Shown here: positions 47,162 to 58,538 of the stretch, in pieces | Layout: each line of letters begins with the position of its first letter | Position numbering within the stretch: position 1 is the first letter of the stretch | DNA from: Thermoanaerobaculia bacterium | GTDB taxonomy: Bacteria > Acidobacteriota > Thermoanaerobaculia > UBA5066 | Reading direction: 5' to 3' | DNA: 64,000 nt | NCBI GenBank assembly: GCA_046331465.1 | Contig: JAXLQV010000001.1 | Span: 671,210 to 735,209, forward strand | Made by a program: the position numbers and the translations under genes | Notes under the pieces: model-generated | What the model was told of the DNA's origin: nothing | The model's database searches: none | The model's input: only the letters and a program-made list of their open reading frames with translations

Positions 47162-49014
47162 TCTGCCAGGTCTGCGGCGCCGCGAACGACCTCGACCAGG
47201 AGTTCTGCCGGAAGTGCCAGAACAAGCTCCTCGTCGTCTCGGGCGCGAGCGAGACGTACGACGAGGGGCCCTCGGGCGAGGGGATCTCCCTCGACGAGCA
47301 CCTGCTCGAGCGGGTCTCCGTCCTCGAGGAGATCGTCAAGCGGAGCGCCGAGACGCTCAAGGCGCTCCTCGAGGGGTTCCACCGGCAGGAGAAGAACGGC
47401 TTCGTCATCCAGACGGGGCTCCTCGCCCTCAAGGACCTCCTCGAGCGGAAGGGGCTCCTCGTCGAGCAGGAGTTCGTCGAGCTCTGGGAAGGGCGCGTCG
47501 ACCAGCACCTGACCGTCCTCGAGAAGCGCGAGCGCTTCCTCGAGCACAAGGAGCGGATCCTCGCCGAGCACAAGGGCCCGGGGCGCGAGCGGCTCGTCGG
47601 CCTCCTCGGCGACGCCGAGCTCGCCTTCTTCGCCCTCGAGCCGGAGAAGGCGCTCGGCCTCCTCGAGGAGGCGTGGCGTCTCGACCGCCGGAACGCCGAG
47701 CTCGCGTTCTTCCTCGGCGAGACCTGGTTCAACGACGGCGAGGCCGTCAAGGCGTCCTCGGCCCTCCGTCACGTCCTCGAGCGGAAGCCGCAGCACTTCG
47801 AGGCGCTCGTCTACTCGGGGGTCCTCGAGAACGACCTCGGGCACCCGGAGAAGGCGGTCGACTTCCTCAAGCGCGCGCTCGCGATCCGGCCCGACGCCTT
47901 CCTTCCGGCGTTCGCCCTCGGGGCGATCCACGCCGGGTCGGGCCAGCTCGCGAAGGCCGAGGCCCTCCTGAAGCGGGCCGTCCAGATCGAGGAGAACCCT
48001 CAGGCGCTCTCCCTCCTCGGCACGATCGCCTACGAGCGGGGGCGGCTCACCGACGCCATCGACGCGCTCCAGCGCGCCGTCAAGCTCGACCCCGACGACG
48101 AGGACGGGCTCTTCCAGCTCGGGCTCTGCTACCTCGACCGGGGGTGGACGCAGAAGGCGGGGGAGCGGTTCCGCGCCGCGCTCGAGCTGAACCCGAACCG
48201 GATCGAGCTCGGCGAGGCACGCAAGCTCCTCGGTCCCGCCGGCGTCGGCTCGGTTCCGGGGCTCTCGGACGCGACGACGGAGCGGTCGGGGCGTGCGGCC
48301 GCGGTCCGGGATCCCCAGAAGGCGCTCGCGGTCTGCCGCCGGGCCCTGAAGGCGGACCCGGAGAACCCGGCGATCCAGATCGCCTACGCCCTCGTCTGCT
48401 CGGCGGTCGGCCGCACCTCGGAGGCCGTCGCGACGACGCGGCGGGTCCTCGCCCAGAAGCCGGACGAGCCGATCGCCGCGGCCGCCTGGGCGACCCTCCT
48501 CGAGGCGCTCCGCGCGGAAGGGAAGTTCCGCGAGGGGACGCAGGTGGCGGGGGAGATGCTCGACGCGGTCACGTCCAACTACGCCCGGTCGATCGCCCTC
48601 TTCCAGCGGGCAGCCGCCCTCGCGGAGATGGGCGAGCGGCTCGACGAGGCCCTCGACGACGCCGACAGGGCGCTCCGCCTCTCCCCCCGCGAGCTGAAGC
48701 AGTTCCCCCTCGCCGCGAAGGGCTGGGTCCACTACAAGAGGAAGGAGTTCGAGCGCGCCGTGGAATGCCTCTCGCGTGCCGCCGAGCTCGGGGAGACGCC
48801 GACCGGCCTCGCCCACCTCGGCCTCGCGTATCTCGCCGTCGGGGACGCCCGGGCGGCGCGGAAGGCGTTCGACCGGGCCAAGCGGCGCGGCGGGAAGTCG
48901 TCCGAGCGGCACGGGGGGCTCGAGGCGCGGATGCTCGAGCAGATCCGCCGGAACCTCCAGCTGACCGAGAAGGTCTCCAGCCGGCCGGGTCGCCGAAAGG
49001 GCAGGAACGGCTGA
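47158..49014 (+). CDS. TPR-repeat protein with an N-terminal zinc-ribbon (CxxC-x10-CxxC)
   Basis: TTG start overlaps the preceding stop (TTGA). GGAGAAGG lies upstream. [23 protein letters not shown], then multiple TPR units. Confidence 0.6.
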   Translation: MICQVCGAANDLDQEFCRKCQNKLLVVSGASETYDEGPSGEGISLDEHLLERVSVLEEIVKRSAETLKALLEGFHRQEKNGFVIQTGLLALKDLLERKGLLVEQEFVELWEGRVDQHLTVLEKRERFLEHKERILAEHKGPGRERLVGLLGDAELAFFALEPEKALGLLEEAWRLDRRNAELAFFLGETWFNDGEAVKASSALRHVLERKPQHFEALVYSGVLENDLGHPEKAVDFLKRALAIRPDAFLPAFALGAIHAGSGQLAKAEALLKRAVQIEENPQALSLLGTIAYERGRLTDAIDALQRAVKLDPDDEDGLFQLGLCYLDRGWTQKAGERFRAALELNPNRIELGEARKLLGPAGVGSVPGLSDATTERSGRAAAVRDPQKALAVCRRALKADPENPAIQIAYALVCSAVGRTSEAVATTRRVLAQKPDEPIAAAAWATLLEALRAEGKFREGTQVAGEMLDAVTSNYARSIALFQRAAALAEMGERLDEALDDADRALRLSPRELKQFPLAAKGWVHYKRKEFERAVECLSRAAELGETPTGLAHLGLAYLAVGDARAARKAFDRAKRRGGKSSERHGGLEARMLEQIRRNLQLTEKVSSRPGRRKGRNG

Positions 49015-49079
49015 CCGTTCGATTCGATTTCCCTTGACACGGCCCGTGCGCCATTCTCAGAATTCGCGCGGGAGAAAAC

Positions 49080-49097
49080 ATACCGAGTGTTCGGTAT
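49080..49097. promoter_or_regulatory. perfect palindrome ATACCGA-GTGT-TCGGTAT in the only AT-richer intergenic region, 127 bp upstream of the outer-membrane-receptor gene; candidate operator
   Basis: Read directly. A TTGACA hexamer lies at 49034-49039 in the same 210-bp intergenic region. Confidence 0.3.
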
Positions 49098-49223
49098 CTT
49101 GAGAAACGGGACGCAGGACCGGATTCCGGCGAGCACCCCGCGGACGGGGAACGCCGGGCAGCGTCCGAGGGCCGTTTCGATCACATTTCTTTGAAGGGCG
49201 CGGCGGCGCCCGGGAGGATCGAG

Positions 49224-52022
49224 ATGAAGAGGCTGACCCGAAACCCCGTGATCCGCGCCGTGGCCCTCCTCGGGGCCCTTCTCCTGCCGGCGGTCCGATG
49301 GGCGCCCCCGGCGGCCGCCCAGACGGCGGACGCCGTCGTGGAGGTGGACGTCGTCGACGAGACGGGAGCGCCCCTCCCCGGCGTCGCCGTGGAGCTGAAG
49401 CGCGCCGAGACCGGCTTCCTCAGGACGTCGGTCTCTTCCGTCCAGGGCTCCGTCCGCTTCCCGGCCGTTCCGCCGGCCGCGGGCTACACGACGCGCGCCG
49501 CCCTGCAGGGCTTCGAGGCGGTCGAGCAGCCGCTCACGCTCCGCATCGGCCAGACGGCGAAGCTCCGGATCGTCCTCCGCGCCAAGTCGGTCACCGAGGC
49601 GGTCACCGTCGTCGCCGAGGCGCCCGTCATGGACGTCTACAAGTTCGACTCCTCGACGAACATCGTCCCCGAACAGATCCGCGAGCTCCCGGTCCCGAAC
49701 CGCGAGTTCGAGAAGCTCGCCTTCATCGCGCCCGGCGTCCAGCGCGAGCGTGGCGAGTTCCGCTTCGTCACGGGCGGCCCGGTCATCGGCTCGGGCGGCA
49801 ACGCCTCGCAGTCGACGATCCTGGTCGACGGCGTCGACTACACGGACCCGGCCCTCGGCCTCGCGAAGACCCGCGTCTCGCAGGACGCCATCGCCGAGTT
49901 CCGCGTCGTGAACTCGCGCTTCGACTCCGAGGTCGGCGGCTCCTCCGGCGGCGCCCTGACGGTCCTCACGAAGACCGGGACGAACGACTTCAAGGGGAGC
50001 CTCTTCGCCTTCTACCTTCCCGACGCGCTCATCGCCAAGGGGTACAACGAGCTCGACTCGGACGTCGCCAAGCACCGCTTCCAGGGAGGCGCGACGCTCG
50101 GCGGGCCGATCGCGAAGGACAAGAGCCACTTCTTCCTCTCGGCCGAGTACGTCGACAACGTGCGACCCGCCCTCGTCCGCCCCGGCGGCGCTTTCGCGAC
50201 GACCGGCAAGGTCGACGCCGAGGACCCGTTCACGCAGGTCCTCGCGTTCGGCTCGGCCACGTTCGGCCTGACCGACTCCCAGTCGCTCCTCGTCAAGGGG
50301 GACTACGAGCGCTACCGGGAGGAGAACTTCCGCGTCGGCGGGATCCAGGACGTCTCCTACGGCCAGGAGCTCCAGCGCGACAACTACAACTTCACCGCGG
50401 GCCACACCTGGATCGTGGGCGGCACGACGACGAACGAGCTCCGCGCGCAGTTCGGCCACCGGAAGTACTACGAGCCGATGAACTCGGACGCGGTCGGCGA
50501 CTGGTACTCGCTCGGGAACACCCTCCGCTCGGGCGGCAACATCCTCGGTGACCTCCTCGGCGAGGGGGACCAGTACGAATTCCGCGACACGCTCTACCTC
50601 CACCTGTCGGGCAAGACCGGCACGCACGACGTGAAGGTCGGCGCGGGCTGGCAGCACGTCAAGGACCGCTCGATCATCGACACCTACCAGAACGGCGTCT
50701 TCCTCTGGCTCTTCGACAACAAGACCGTCCCGTACGCCTACCTCTACGGCATCGGCTCGAGCGACGTCTCCATCCCGACGGACCGGATCGCCGGCTTCGT
50801 CCAGGACGACTGGCGCCCGGCCTCGAACGTGACCCTCAGCGTCGGCGTCCGCTACGACCTCGACACGAACGGCAACAACCCCGACTTCACGAGCGCCCTC
50901 GTCACGGCGCCGCGCGGCAAGGACACGAACAACGTCCAGCCCCGCGTCGGCTTCTCCTGGGACATCCGGAACGACGGCGCGTTCGTCGCCCGCGGCGGCT
51001 GGGGGATCTTCACCGGCCGCTACCTCCTCGTCCCGGCCTTCACCGAGCTCCAGCAGAACGGCACGACGGGCCGGAAGACCGTCACCCGGGTCAACGGCGC
51101 GATCCTCGGCCTGCCGGCGTTCGCCCTCGACCCGAACCACCCGACGACGACCGGCCTCCCGCTCGCCCCGGCCGCGACGATCATCGACTCCACGCTCGAC
51201 GCACCGCAGTCCAACCAGACGAGCCTCGGCCTGACGACGCGCCTCGGGAAGACCGGCCTCTACCTCGACGTGGAGGGGGTCTACTCCAAGGGGACGGACG
51301 AGATCCTGAACCGCGACACGAACTTCGGCGGCAACTCGAACCCGGTCCGGCTGAACAAGGCCTGGTCCAACATCAACACCTACACCAACGACGGCCACTC
51401 GACCTACAAGGCGCTCACCGTCGCCCTCAACGGGACGCTCAAGGGCGGGCACCTCATCACGAGCTCGGTCACGTTCGCGGACAAGAAGAACCTGAACGAC
51501 GACTTCAGCCCCGAGTACCCGACGGGCTACCCGAACGACCCGGCGAACATCGAGGCGGAGTGGGGCAACGCCCGCTCCTCGGAGAAGCTCCGCGTCGTCC
51601 TCTCCGGCGTCTTCCGGCTCCCGTGGCAGCTCGCCGTCTCGCCGATCTTCCAGTACGGCTCCGGGCAACCCTGGACGCACCGGCTCGGCTACGACTACAA
51701 CGGCGACGGCTTCAACTCCGACCGTCCCGCCGGCGTCGACCGCTTCGGGGAGGACGGCCCGTGCTACCGGCGGTTCGACCTCCGGCTCTCGAAGAACTTC
51801 GCCCTCGGCGGGTCCATGGGCCTCGAGGTCATCGCCGAGGTCTTCAACCTCTTCGACTCGACGAACTACGACGTCGCCTCCGTCGACGGCGCGGAGTACC
51901 TCCGCGGCACGGCGCTGACGGCCCCGCTTCCGGCGAACCTGAACCCGAACTTCGGCAAGTACTCCCGGTCGATCCCCGAGGACTCGCAGCGGTTCCAGTT
52001 CGGAGTCCGCGTCACCTTCTAG
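49224..52022 (+). CDS. TonB-dependent-receptor-like outer-membrane beta-barrel protein with an N-terminal carboxypeptidase-regulatory-like domain
   Basis: GGGAGGA RBS. Signal peptide. CarbopepD_reg-like VVDETGAPLPGVAVELKRAETGF. A long beta-rich body. C-terminal ...FQFGVRVTF ending in Phe, as in OM barrels. Confidence 0.65.
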   Translation: MKRLTRNPVIRAVALLGALLLPAVRWAPPAAAQTADAVVEVDVVDETGAPLPGVAVELKRAETGFLRTSVSSVQGSVRFPAVPPAAGYTTRAALQGFEAVEQPLTLRIGQTAKLRIVLRAKSVTEAVTVVAEAPVMDVYKFDSSTNIVPEQIRELPVPNREFEKLAFIAPGVQRERGEFRFVTGGPVIGSGGNASQSTILVDGVDYTDPALGLAKTRVSQDAIAEFRVVNSRFDSEVGGSSGGALTVLTKTGTNDFKGSLFAFYLPDALIAKGYNELDSDVAKHRFQGGATLGGPIAKDKSHFFLSAEYVDNVRPALVRPGGAFATTGKVDAEDPFTQVLAFGSATFGLTDSQSLLVKGDYERYREENFRVGGIQDVSYGQELQRDNYNFTAGHTWIVGGTTTNELRAQFGHRKYYEPMNSDAVGDWYSLGNTLRSGGNILGDLLGEGDQYEFRDTLYLHLSGKTGTHDVKVGAGWQHVKDRSIIDTYQNGVFLWLFDNKTVPYAYLYGIGSSDVSIPTDRIAGFVQDDWRPASNVTLSVGVRYDLDTNGNNPDFTSALVTAPRGKDTNNVQPRVGFSWDIRNDGAFVARGGWGIFTGRYLLVPAFTELQQNGTTGRKTVTRVNGAILGLPAFALDPNHPTTTGLPLAPAATIIDSTLDAPQSNQTSLGLTTRLGKTGLYLDVEGVYSKGTDEILNRDTNFGGNSNPVRLNKAWSNINTYTNDGHSTYKALTVALNGTLKGGHLITSSVTFADKKNLNDDFSPEYPTGYPNDPANIEAEWGNARSSEKLRVVLSGVFRLPWQLAVSPIFQYGSGQPWTHRLGYDYNGDGFNSDRPAGVDRFGEDGPCYRRFDLRLSKNFALGGSMGLEVIAEVFNLFDSTNYDVASVDGAEYLRGTALTAPLPANLNPNFGKYSRSIPEDSQRFQFGVRVTF

Positions 52023-52034
52023 CTCCGCAGACCC

Positions 52035-52066
52035 GTCCGGCGGGCGGCTTCGGCCGCCCGCCGGGC
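52035..52066 (+). terminator. strong intrinsic-terminator hairpin after the outer-membrane-protein gene
   Basis: 12-bp stem CCGGCGGGCGGC / GCCGCCCGCCGG closed by a UUCG tetraloop, followed by CACTTTCGCC. A second hairpin CGCCCCGC-ctcc-GCGGGGCG lies at 52072-52091. Confidence 0.55.
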
Positions 52067-52132
52067 ACTTTCGCCCCGCCTCCGCGGGGCGCCGAACGCG
52101 GCCCCCGGGCACGCGCAGGGAGGGACTCCGTC

Positions 52133-52915
52133 ATGAGCATCGACACAGGACTCGCCGGACGCACGGTCGTCGTCACCGGGGCGGCCGCGGGGATCGGGAA
52201 GGCCACGGCGCTCCGGTTCGCGAAGGAAGGGGCGAAGGTCGCCGCGTGGGACGTCGCCGACGCGGCCGCGCTCGCCGACGAGTTGAAGGCCGCCGGGGCG
52301 CCCGACGCGTTCGCCGCGAAGGTGAACGTGGCGGACGCGGCGTCGGTGGCCGCCGCCGTCGCCGACGTGGTCGCGAGGTGGGGACGTGTCGACGTCCTCG
52401 TCAACAACGCCGGGATCGTCCGGGACGCGCAGCTCGTCAAGTACAAGGACGGCGCGGTGGCGGCGACGATGACCGACGAGCAGTGGGACGCCGTCATCGG
52501 CGTGAACCTGAAGGGGGTGTTCCTCTGCACCCGCGCCGTGACGCCGCACATGATCGCGGCGGGAGGCGGCGTGATCCTGAACGCCTCGTCCGTCGTCGGC
52601 CTCTACGGCAACTTCGGGCAGACGAACTACGTCGCGACCAAAAGCGGCGTCATCGGGATGACGAAGACCTGGGCGCGCGAGCTCGGCAAGTTCCGGATCC
52701 GCGTCAACGCCGTCTGCCCCGGCTTCGTCGCCACGGAGATCCTCAAGGCGATGCCCGCGAAGGTGCTCGAGGGGATGGTCGCGCACACGCCGATCGGCCG
52801 GATGGGCGAGCCGGACGACATCGCGAACGCCTACGTCTGGCTCGCCTCCGACCAGGCGGGCTTCGTCCACGGCGCCGTCCTCTCGGTCGACGGCGGCCTC
52901 GTCACAGGGACGTAG
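52133..52915 (+). CDS. classical short-chain dehydrogenase/reductase (FabG-like 3-oxoacyl reductase)
   Basis: GGGAGGGA RBS. TGAAAGIGKA, NNAG, catalytic S...YVATKSG. Confidence 0.85.
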   Translation: MSIDTGLAGRTVVVTGAAAGIGKATALRFAKEGAKVAAWDVADAAALADELKAAGAPDAFAAKVNVADAASVAAAVADVVARWGRVDVLVNNAGIVRDAQLVKYKDGAVAATMTDEQWDAVIGVNLKGVFLCTRAVTPHMIAAGGGVILNASSVVGLYGNFGQTNYVATKSGVIGMTKTWARELGKFRIRVNAVCPGFVATEILKAMPAKVLEGMVAHTPIGRMGEPDDIANAYVWLASDQAGFVHGAVLSVDGGLVTGT

Positions 52916-52925
52916 GAGGGGCGCG

Positions 52926-53918
<993 letters not shown>

Positions 53919-53948
53919 GGCGGCCGGAGGCGGTGCGGAGGTGAACCC

Positions 53949-54890
53949 GTGACCCGACCCGTGAAGCTCCTCCTCGCCGCCGTCGCCGTCCTCGTCCTCG
54001 TGACGGTCGCGCTCTTCCTCTGGGCGCGCCTCCGGCCCCTCGCCGCGTACGCCGCGGCGGGGCGCCGGGCGCTCGGCAAGGCCGGCCTCGCGAAGTCCGT
54101 CGTCCCGTCGCTCGCGAGCGGGCAGGCGTACTTCCGCGGCGGGAGCGGGCCCGTCCTCGTCCTCCTCCACGGCGCGGGCGACCAGGCCTCCGCCTGGTCC
54201 CTCGTCGCCCCGAAGCTCCTCCCCGGGCGGACGCTCGTCATCCCCGACCTCGCCGGCCACGGCGCGAGCGCGCCGGAGAAGGGCCCGATCTCGGTGCCGG
54301 TACTCCTCGCCGGCCTCTCGGCCGTCCTCGACGAGGCGGCGCCGCAGGGGAAGGTGACGATCGTCGGCAACTCCCTCGGCGCCTGGCTCGCCTGCCTCTG
54401 GGCGAAGGACCACCCGGATCGCGTCGAGCGACTCGTCCTCGTCAACGGGGGCCCGCTCCGGCACGCCGCCGACGGGATCACGCTCCTCCCGAAGAGCCGG
54501 GCCGAGGCGCGCGCGGCGGTCGAGAAGCTCCGCGACCCGGGCTCGATCCGCGTCCCCGACTTCGTCCTCGACGACGTCGTGAGACAGGCGGCGACGGGGC
54601 CTCTCGCGCGGCTCGCGGCGACGAGCGGCGAGATGGAGCCGTACGTCCTCGACGGGAAGCTCGGCGGGCTCGACGTGCCGGTCGACCTCCTCTGGGGCGC
54701 CTCCGACCAGCTCCTGCCGCTCTCCTATGCGGAGACCATGCGCTCCGAGCTGCCGAGGGCGAGGCTCGCGGAGCTCCCGCGCTGCGGTCACGTCCCGGAG
54801 CAGGAGTGCCCAGCCGCCTTCGCCTCCGCCCTCGGGGCGCTGCTCGCGGGGCCGCCGCCCGGGCCGGCCGCCGCGCCGGAGGCTCCGTGA
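53949..54890 (+). CDS. alpha/beta-fold hydrolase
   Basis: N-terminal TM/signal. LLHGAGDQ, nucleophile elbow GNSLGAW, C-terminal GHVPEQE (His). Confidence 0.7.
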   Translation: MTRPVKLLLAAVAVLVLVTVALFLWARLRPLAAYAAAGRRALGKAGLAKSVVPSLASGQAYFRGGSGPVLVLLHGAGDQASAWSLVAPKLLPGRTLVIPDLAGHGASAPEKGPISVPVLLAGLSAVLDEAAPQGKVTIVGNSLGAWLACLWAKDHPDRVERLVLVNGGPLRHAADGITLLPKSRAEARAAVEKLRDPGSIRVPDFVLDDVVRQAATGPLARLAATSGEMEPYVLDGKLGGLDVPVDLLWGASDQLLPLSYAETMRSELPRARLAELPRCGHVPEQECPAAFASALGALLAGPPPGPAAAPEAP

Positions 54891-56428
54891 TCCACGCCGA
54901 CGTCCTCGGCGAGCGGGCGCGCCTCTCGCCGGAGAGGTGCGCCTTCGTCTTCGTCCCGACCGGCGAGCGGTTCACCTACCGCGCGCTGAACGCGCGGGCC
55001 GAGCGCGTCGCGGCGCTCCTCCGCGACGGCCTCGGCCTGATGAAGGGGGACCGCGTCGCCCTCCTCGCCCACAACCGGGTCGAGTACGTCGACCTCTTCT
55101 TCGCCGCGGCGAAGGCGGGGCTCGTCCTCGTCCCCCTCGGGACTCGGCTGACGCCGCACGAGCTCGCCTTCATCGTCCGGAACGCCGACGTCTCGGCCCT
55201 CGTCTACGGGGGCGAGTTCGCGGAGACGGTCGCCGCGCTCCGCGCCGAGGCCGCGGTGCCGCGGCGGATCGCGCTCGACGCCCCCGCTGCGGAAGGCGAC
55301 CTCTCCCTCCCGGCGGAGGTGGCCGCGCTCCCGGTCGCCCCCTTCGAGAGGACGCGCTGCGACGGCGAGGACCTCCACCTCCTCCTCTACACGAGCGGGA
55401 CGACGGGGAAGCCGAAGGGCGTCATGGTCCCGCACCGGATGACCTCCTGGAACGCCTGGAACACGGCCCTCTGCTGGGGGCTGACCGAGCACGACGTGAG
55501 CCCCGTCTTCACGCCGCTCTACCACGCGGGAGGCCTCGGCGCGTTCTTCGTCCCGATCCTCGCCGCCGGCGGTACCGTCGTCCTCCACTCGGGGTTCGAC
55601 CCCGCGGAGATCTGGGCGACCGTCGCGAAGGAGCGCTGCACCGTCGTCCTCGGCGTCCCGACGATCTGGAAGCTCCTCCTCGAGCACCCGTCGTTCGAGG
55701 GGGCCGAACTCTCCTCGATCCGCTGGCTCATCAGCGGAGGCGCGCCGCTCCCGCTCTACCTCATCGAGGCGTACCAGGCGCGCGGCATCGTCTTCAAGCA
55801 GGGCTACGGCCTCACCGAGGTCGGCGTGAACTGCTTCTCGATGTCGGTGGAGGAGTCGGTCGCCAAGAAGGGGTCGATCGGCCGCCCGCTCATGATGACC
55901 GAGGCGAAGCTCGTCGACGAGGCGGGCGTCGAGGTGCCCGTCGGCGAGGTGGGCGAGCTCTGGCTCCGCGGCCCGCACGTCTCGAAGGGCTACTGGCGCA
56001 ACCCCGCGGCGACGGCCGCCGCGCTCGACGACGACGGCTACTTCCACACGGGCGACCTCGCCCGGAAGGACGCGGACGGCTTCTTCACGATCGCGGGGCG
56101 CCGGAAGGACATGCTCATCAGCGGCGGCGTGAACGTCTATCCTGCCGAGGTCGAGGGAGAGCTTCTCCTCCACCCGGCCGTCATGGACGCGGCGCTCGTC
56201 GGCGTACCCGACCCCACCTGGGGCGAGGTCGGCGTCGCCTTCATCGTCCTCCGCCCGGGAGAGAACGCCACGAAGGGGGAGCTCCTCGCCTTCGGCGAGT
56301 CGCGCCTCGCCCGGTACAAGCTCCCGAAGGACGTCGTCTTCGTCGAGGCCCTCCCGCGGACGGCCTACGGGAAGGTCGTCAAGGGGGAGCTTCGCGACGC
56401 GTACGTCGCCGGCAAGGGAACGGCGTGA
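54887..56428 (+). CDS. AMP-dependent synthetase/ligase (acyl-CoA synthetase / OleC-like adenylate-forming enzyme)
   Basis: GTG start overlaps the previous stop (GTGA). YTSGTTGKPKGV (AMP-binding motif I), GYGLTE, YFHTGD, GRRKDMLISGGVNVYP. Confidence 0.85.
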   Translation: MIHADVLGERARLSPERCAFVFVPTGERFTYRALNARAERVAALLRDGLGLMKGDRVALLAHNRVEYVDLFFAAAKAGLVLVPLGTRLTPHELAFIVRNADVSALVYGGEFAETVAALRAEAAVPRRIALDAPAAEGDLSLPAEVAALPVAPFERTRCDGEDLHLLLYTSGTTGKPKGVMVPHRMTSWNAWNTALCWGLTEHDVSPVFTPLYHAGGLGAFFVPILAAGGTVVLHSGFDPAEIWATVAKERCTVVLGVPTIWKLLLEHPSFEGAELSSIRWLISGGAPLPLYLIEAYQARGIVFKQGYGLTEVGVNCFSMSVEESVAKKGSIGRPLMMTEAKLVDEAGVEVPVGEVGELWLRGPHVSKGYWRNPAATAAALDDDGYFHTGDLARKDADGFFTIAGRRKDMLISGGVNVYPAEVEGELLLHPAVMDAALVGVPDPTWGEVGVAFIVLRPGENATKGELLAFGESRLARYKLPKDVVFVEALPRTAYGKVVKGELRDAYVAGKGTA

Positions 56429-57270
56429 CCCCCCCCTCCCTCCTCGCGCACGGGGTCGACGGGGAGGGCGAGCCGCTCCTCCTCCTGAACGGCGGGATGA
56501 TGAGCTTCTCGGCGTGGGACGCCTTCGCCGCGCCGCTCGCGGAGCGCTACCGCGTCGTCCGTTGCGATTTCCGGGGACAGCTCCGCTCGCCCGGCGTGCC
56601 CGCCGGCGGGTTCCCGGGCCACGCGGCGGACCTGGTCCGCCTCCTCGACCACCTGCGTATCGACCGCTGCCACGTCGCCGGGACGAGCTACGGCGCCTTC
56701 GCCGGGCTCCACCTCGCGGCGCTGGCGCCGGGAAGGGTCGCTTCCCTCGTCGCGATGACCGTCGCCGACCGCGCCCTCCCGGAGATGTCGGACCAGGCGC
56801 GGGAGATGGCCGAGGCGTGCCGCGAGGCCCTCGGAGGAGGGTCGCGCGAGCGGGTCTACGACCTCATTTCCGCGTTCGCGTACTCCCCGGCGTGGGCGGA
56901 AGCGCACGCGGCCGACATCGCCGCCCGCCGTTCCCTGGTCACGCGCCTCCCCGACGCCTGGTTCGAGGGGCTCGCCGCCCTCCTCGCGTCCCTCGAGGGG
57001 CTCGACCTGACGCCCCTCCTCCCCCGGATCACCTGCCCGGTCCTCGTCCTCCTCGCGTCGGACGACCGGGCGATGCCGCGGGCGGGGGGAGAAGCGCTCG
57101 CGAAGGCCCTGCCGCGCGGCGAGCTCGCCGTCGTTCCCGGAAGCGGCCACGCCCTCGTCGTCGAGAAGCCGCGTGAGACGATCGACCTCCTCCTCGCCTT
57201 CCTCGCCCGGTTCCCGCTCCCGGCCGAGGCCCCGTCCCAGGAATCCGAGCGGGACGGAGGGAAGCCTTGA
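56425..57270 (+). CDS. alpha/beta-fold hydrolase
   Basis: GTG overlapping the previous stop. LLLNGGMMS, nucleophile elbow GTSYGA, C-terminal GSGHAL. Confidence 0.7.
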   Translation: MTPPSLLAHGVDGEGEPLLLLNGGMMSFSAWDAFAAPLAERYRVVRCDFRGQLRSPGVPAGGFPGHAADLVRLLDHLRIDRCHVAGTSYGAFAGLHLAALAPGRVASLVAMTVADRALPEMSDQAREMAEACREALGGGSRERVYDLISAFAYSPAWAEAHAADIAARRSLVTRLPDAWFEGLAALLASLEGLDLTPLLPRITCPVLVLLASDDRAMPRAGGEALAKALPRGELAVVPGSGHALVVEKPRETIDLLLAFLARFPLPAEAPSQESERDGGKP

Positions 57271-58472
57271 AGCCGATCTACATCGCCGCCTACCACCAGT
57301 CGAAGTTCGGGAAGCTCCTCGGCCTGACCGTCCCGGAGATCCTCCGGAAGGCCGCCGAGGAGACCTGCGCGTCGGTGAAGGCCGAGCCCTCGGCCGTCGA
57401 CGTCGCGACGGTCGGCGCCGTCTGCAACCTGACGCTCAACGAGCAGGGGCTCCTCTCGGGTCTCCTCTCGATGACGCCGGGCCTCGCGGCGAAGCCGATC
57501 GAGAGCGTCGAGAACGCCTGCGCCACGGGCGGCCAGGCGATCCTCGCCGTCGCGCAGAAGCTGATGCTCGGCGACGGCGACGTCGGCCTCGCCGTCGGCT
57601 TCGAGAAGATGCGCGACGCCGACGGGAAGATGGACGGCAAGCTCATCGGGAAGGTCCTCGGCTACTACTCGCACCCCGACGAGCGCCCCGGGAAGACGTT
57701 CGTCTTCCCGCACCTCTTCGCCGAGGTGATGAAGGCGTACATGGACGAGTGGGGCGTCCCCGAGGAGGACCTGACGGCGATCGCCGTCGCCGAGTACGAG
57801 AACGCCCGGCAGAACCCGTACGCCCAGATGCAGAAGAACGAGGTGACCCTCGAGACGGCGATGAAGATCGAGGGGATCAACCGCTACGTCGTCGAGGGGC
57901 TCCCGCTGAAGACGTACGACGCCTCGCAGATCTCCGACGGCTACGCCGGGATGGTCCTCGCGACGGAGGAGGGGCTCGCCCGCCTCGGCGTCGCGAAGGC
58001 CGACTGCGTCCGGCTCGCCGGCTGGGGCCAGGCGACCGACCCGCTGAAGAAGGAGGGGCGCGACGTCCTCCGGCCGAAGGCTGCGCTCGCGGCGATGGGG
58101 GCGGCCTACCGCCGCGCCGGGCTCGCCCCCACCGACGTCAACGTCGCCGAGGTCCACGACTGCTTCAGCGTCATGGGGGCGATCGGGGCCGAGGTGATCG
58201 GCAAGGCGGAGTTCGGGAAGGGCGCCCGCTACTGGCGCGACGGGAAGGCGCGCGTCGACGGCGAGTGCGGCATCAACACCTCGGGCGGCCTCATCGCGAA
58301 GGGGCACCCGATCGGCGCGACCGGCATCGCGATGGTCGGCTGGTGCGCCTGGCAGCTCCTCGGGAAGGTGCCGAAGGCGCTCCAGGTTCCGAACGCGCGC
58401 GCGGCGGCGACGTTCAACATCGGCGGGCCGGTCTGCGCGACCGTCGCGACGGTGCTGACGCCGGCGGTCTGA
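57267..58472 (+). CDS. thiolase-family protein (SCP-x-type / thiolase-domain acetyl-CoA C-acyltransferase-like)
   Basis: TTG start overlapping the previous stop. Active-site Cys in ENACATGGQA. C-terminal GINTSGGLIAKGHPIGATG (His and Cys region). Confidence 0.75.
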   Translation: MKPIYIAAYHQSKFGKLLGLTVPEILRKAAEETCASVKAEPSAVDVATVGAVCNLTLNEQGLLSGLLSMTPGLAAKPIESVENACATGGQAILAVAQKLMLGDGDVGLAVGFEKMRDADGKMDGKLIGKVLGYYSHPDERPGKTFVFPHLFAEVMKAYMDEWGVPEEDLTAIAVAEYENARQNPYAQMQKNEVTLETAMKIEGINRYVVEGLPLKTYDASQISDGYAGMVLATEEGLARLGVAKADCVRLAGWGQATDPLKKEGRDVLRPKAALAAMGAAYRRAGLAPTDVNVAEVHDCFSVMGAIGAEVIGKAEFGKGARYWRDGKARVDGECGINTSGGLIAKGHPIGATGIAMVGWCAWQLLGKVPKALQVPNARAAATFNIGGPVCATVATVLTPAV

Positions 58473-58538
58473 GTTCGACGGGCGCCTGGTTCCGGCGGCC
58501 CGCGCCGCCGGAGCCCGGGCGACCCGGGGGGGCAGCGA

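Noticed and set aside
48732-52112. 1126-aa minus-strand ORF antisense to the outer-membrane receptor gene
   Set aside because: R/E/V/D-rich low complexity. The plus strand encodes a coherent beta-barrel protein with an RBS, a signal peptide and a terminal Phe.
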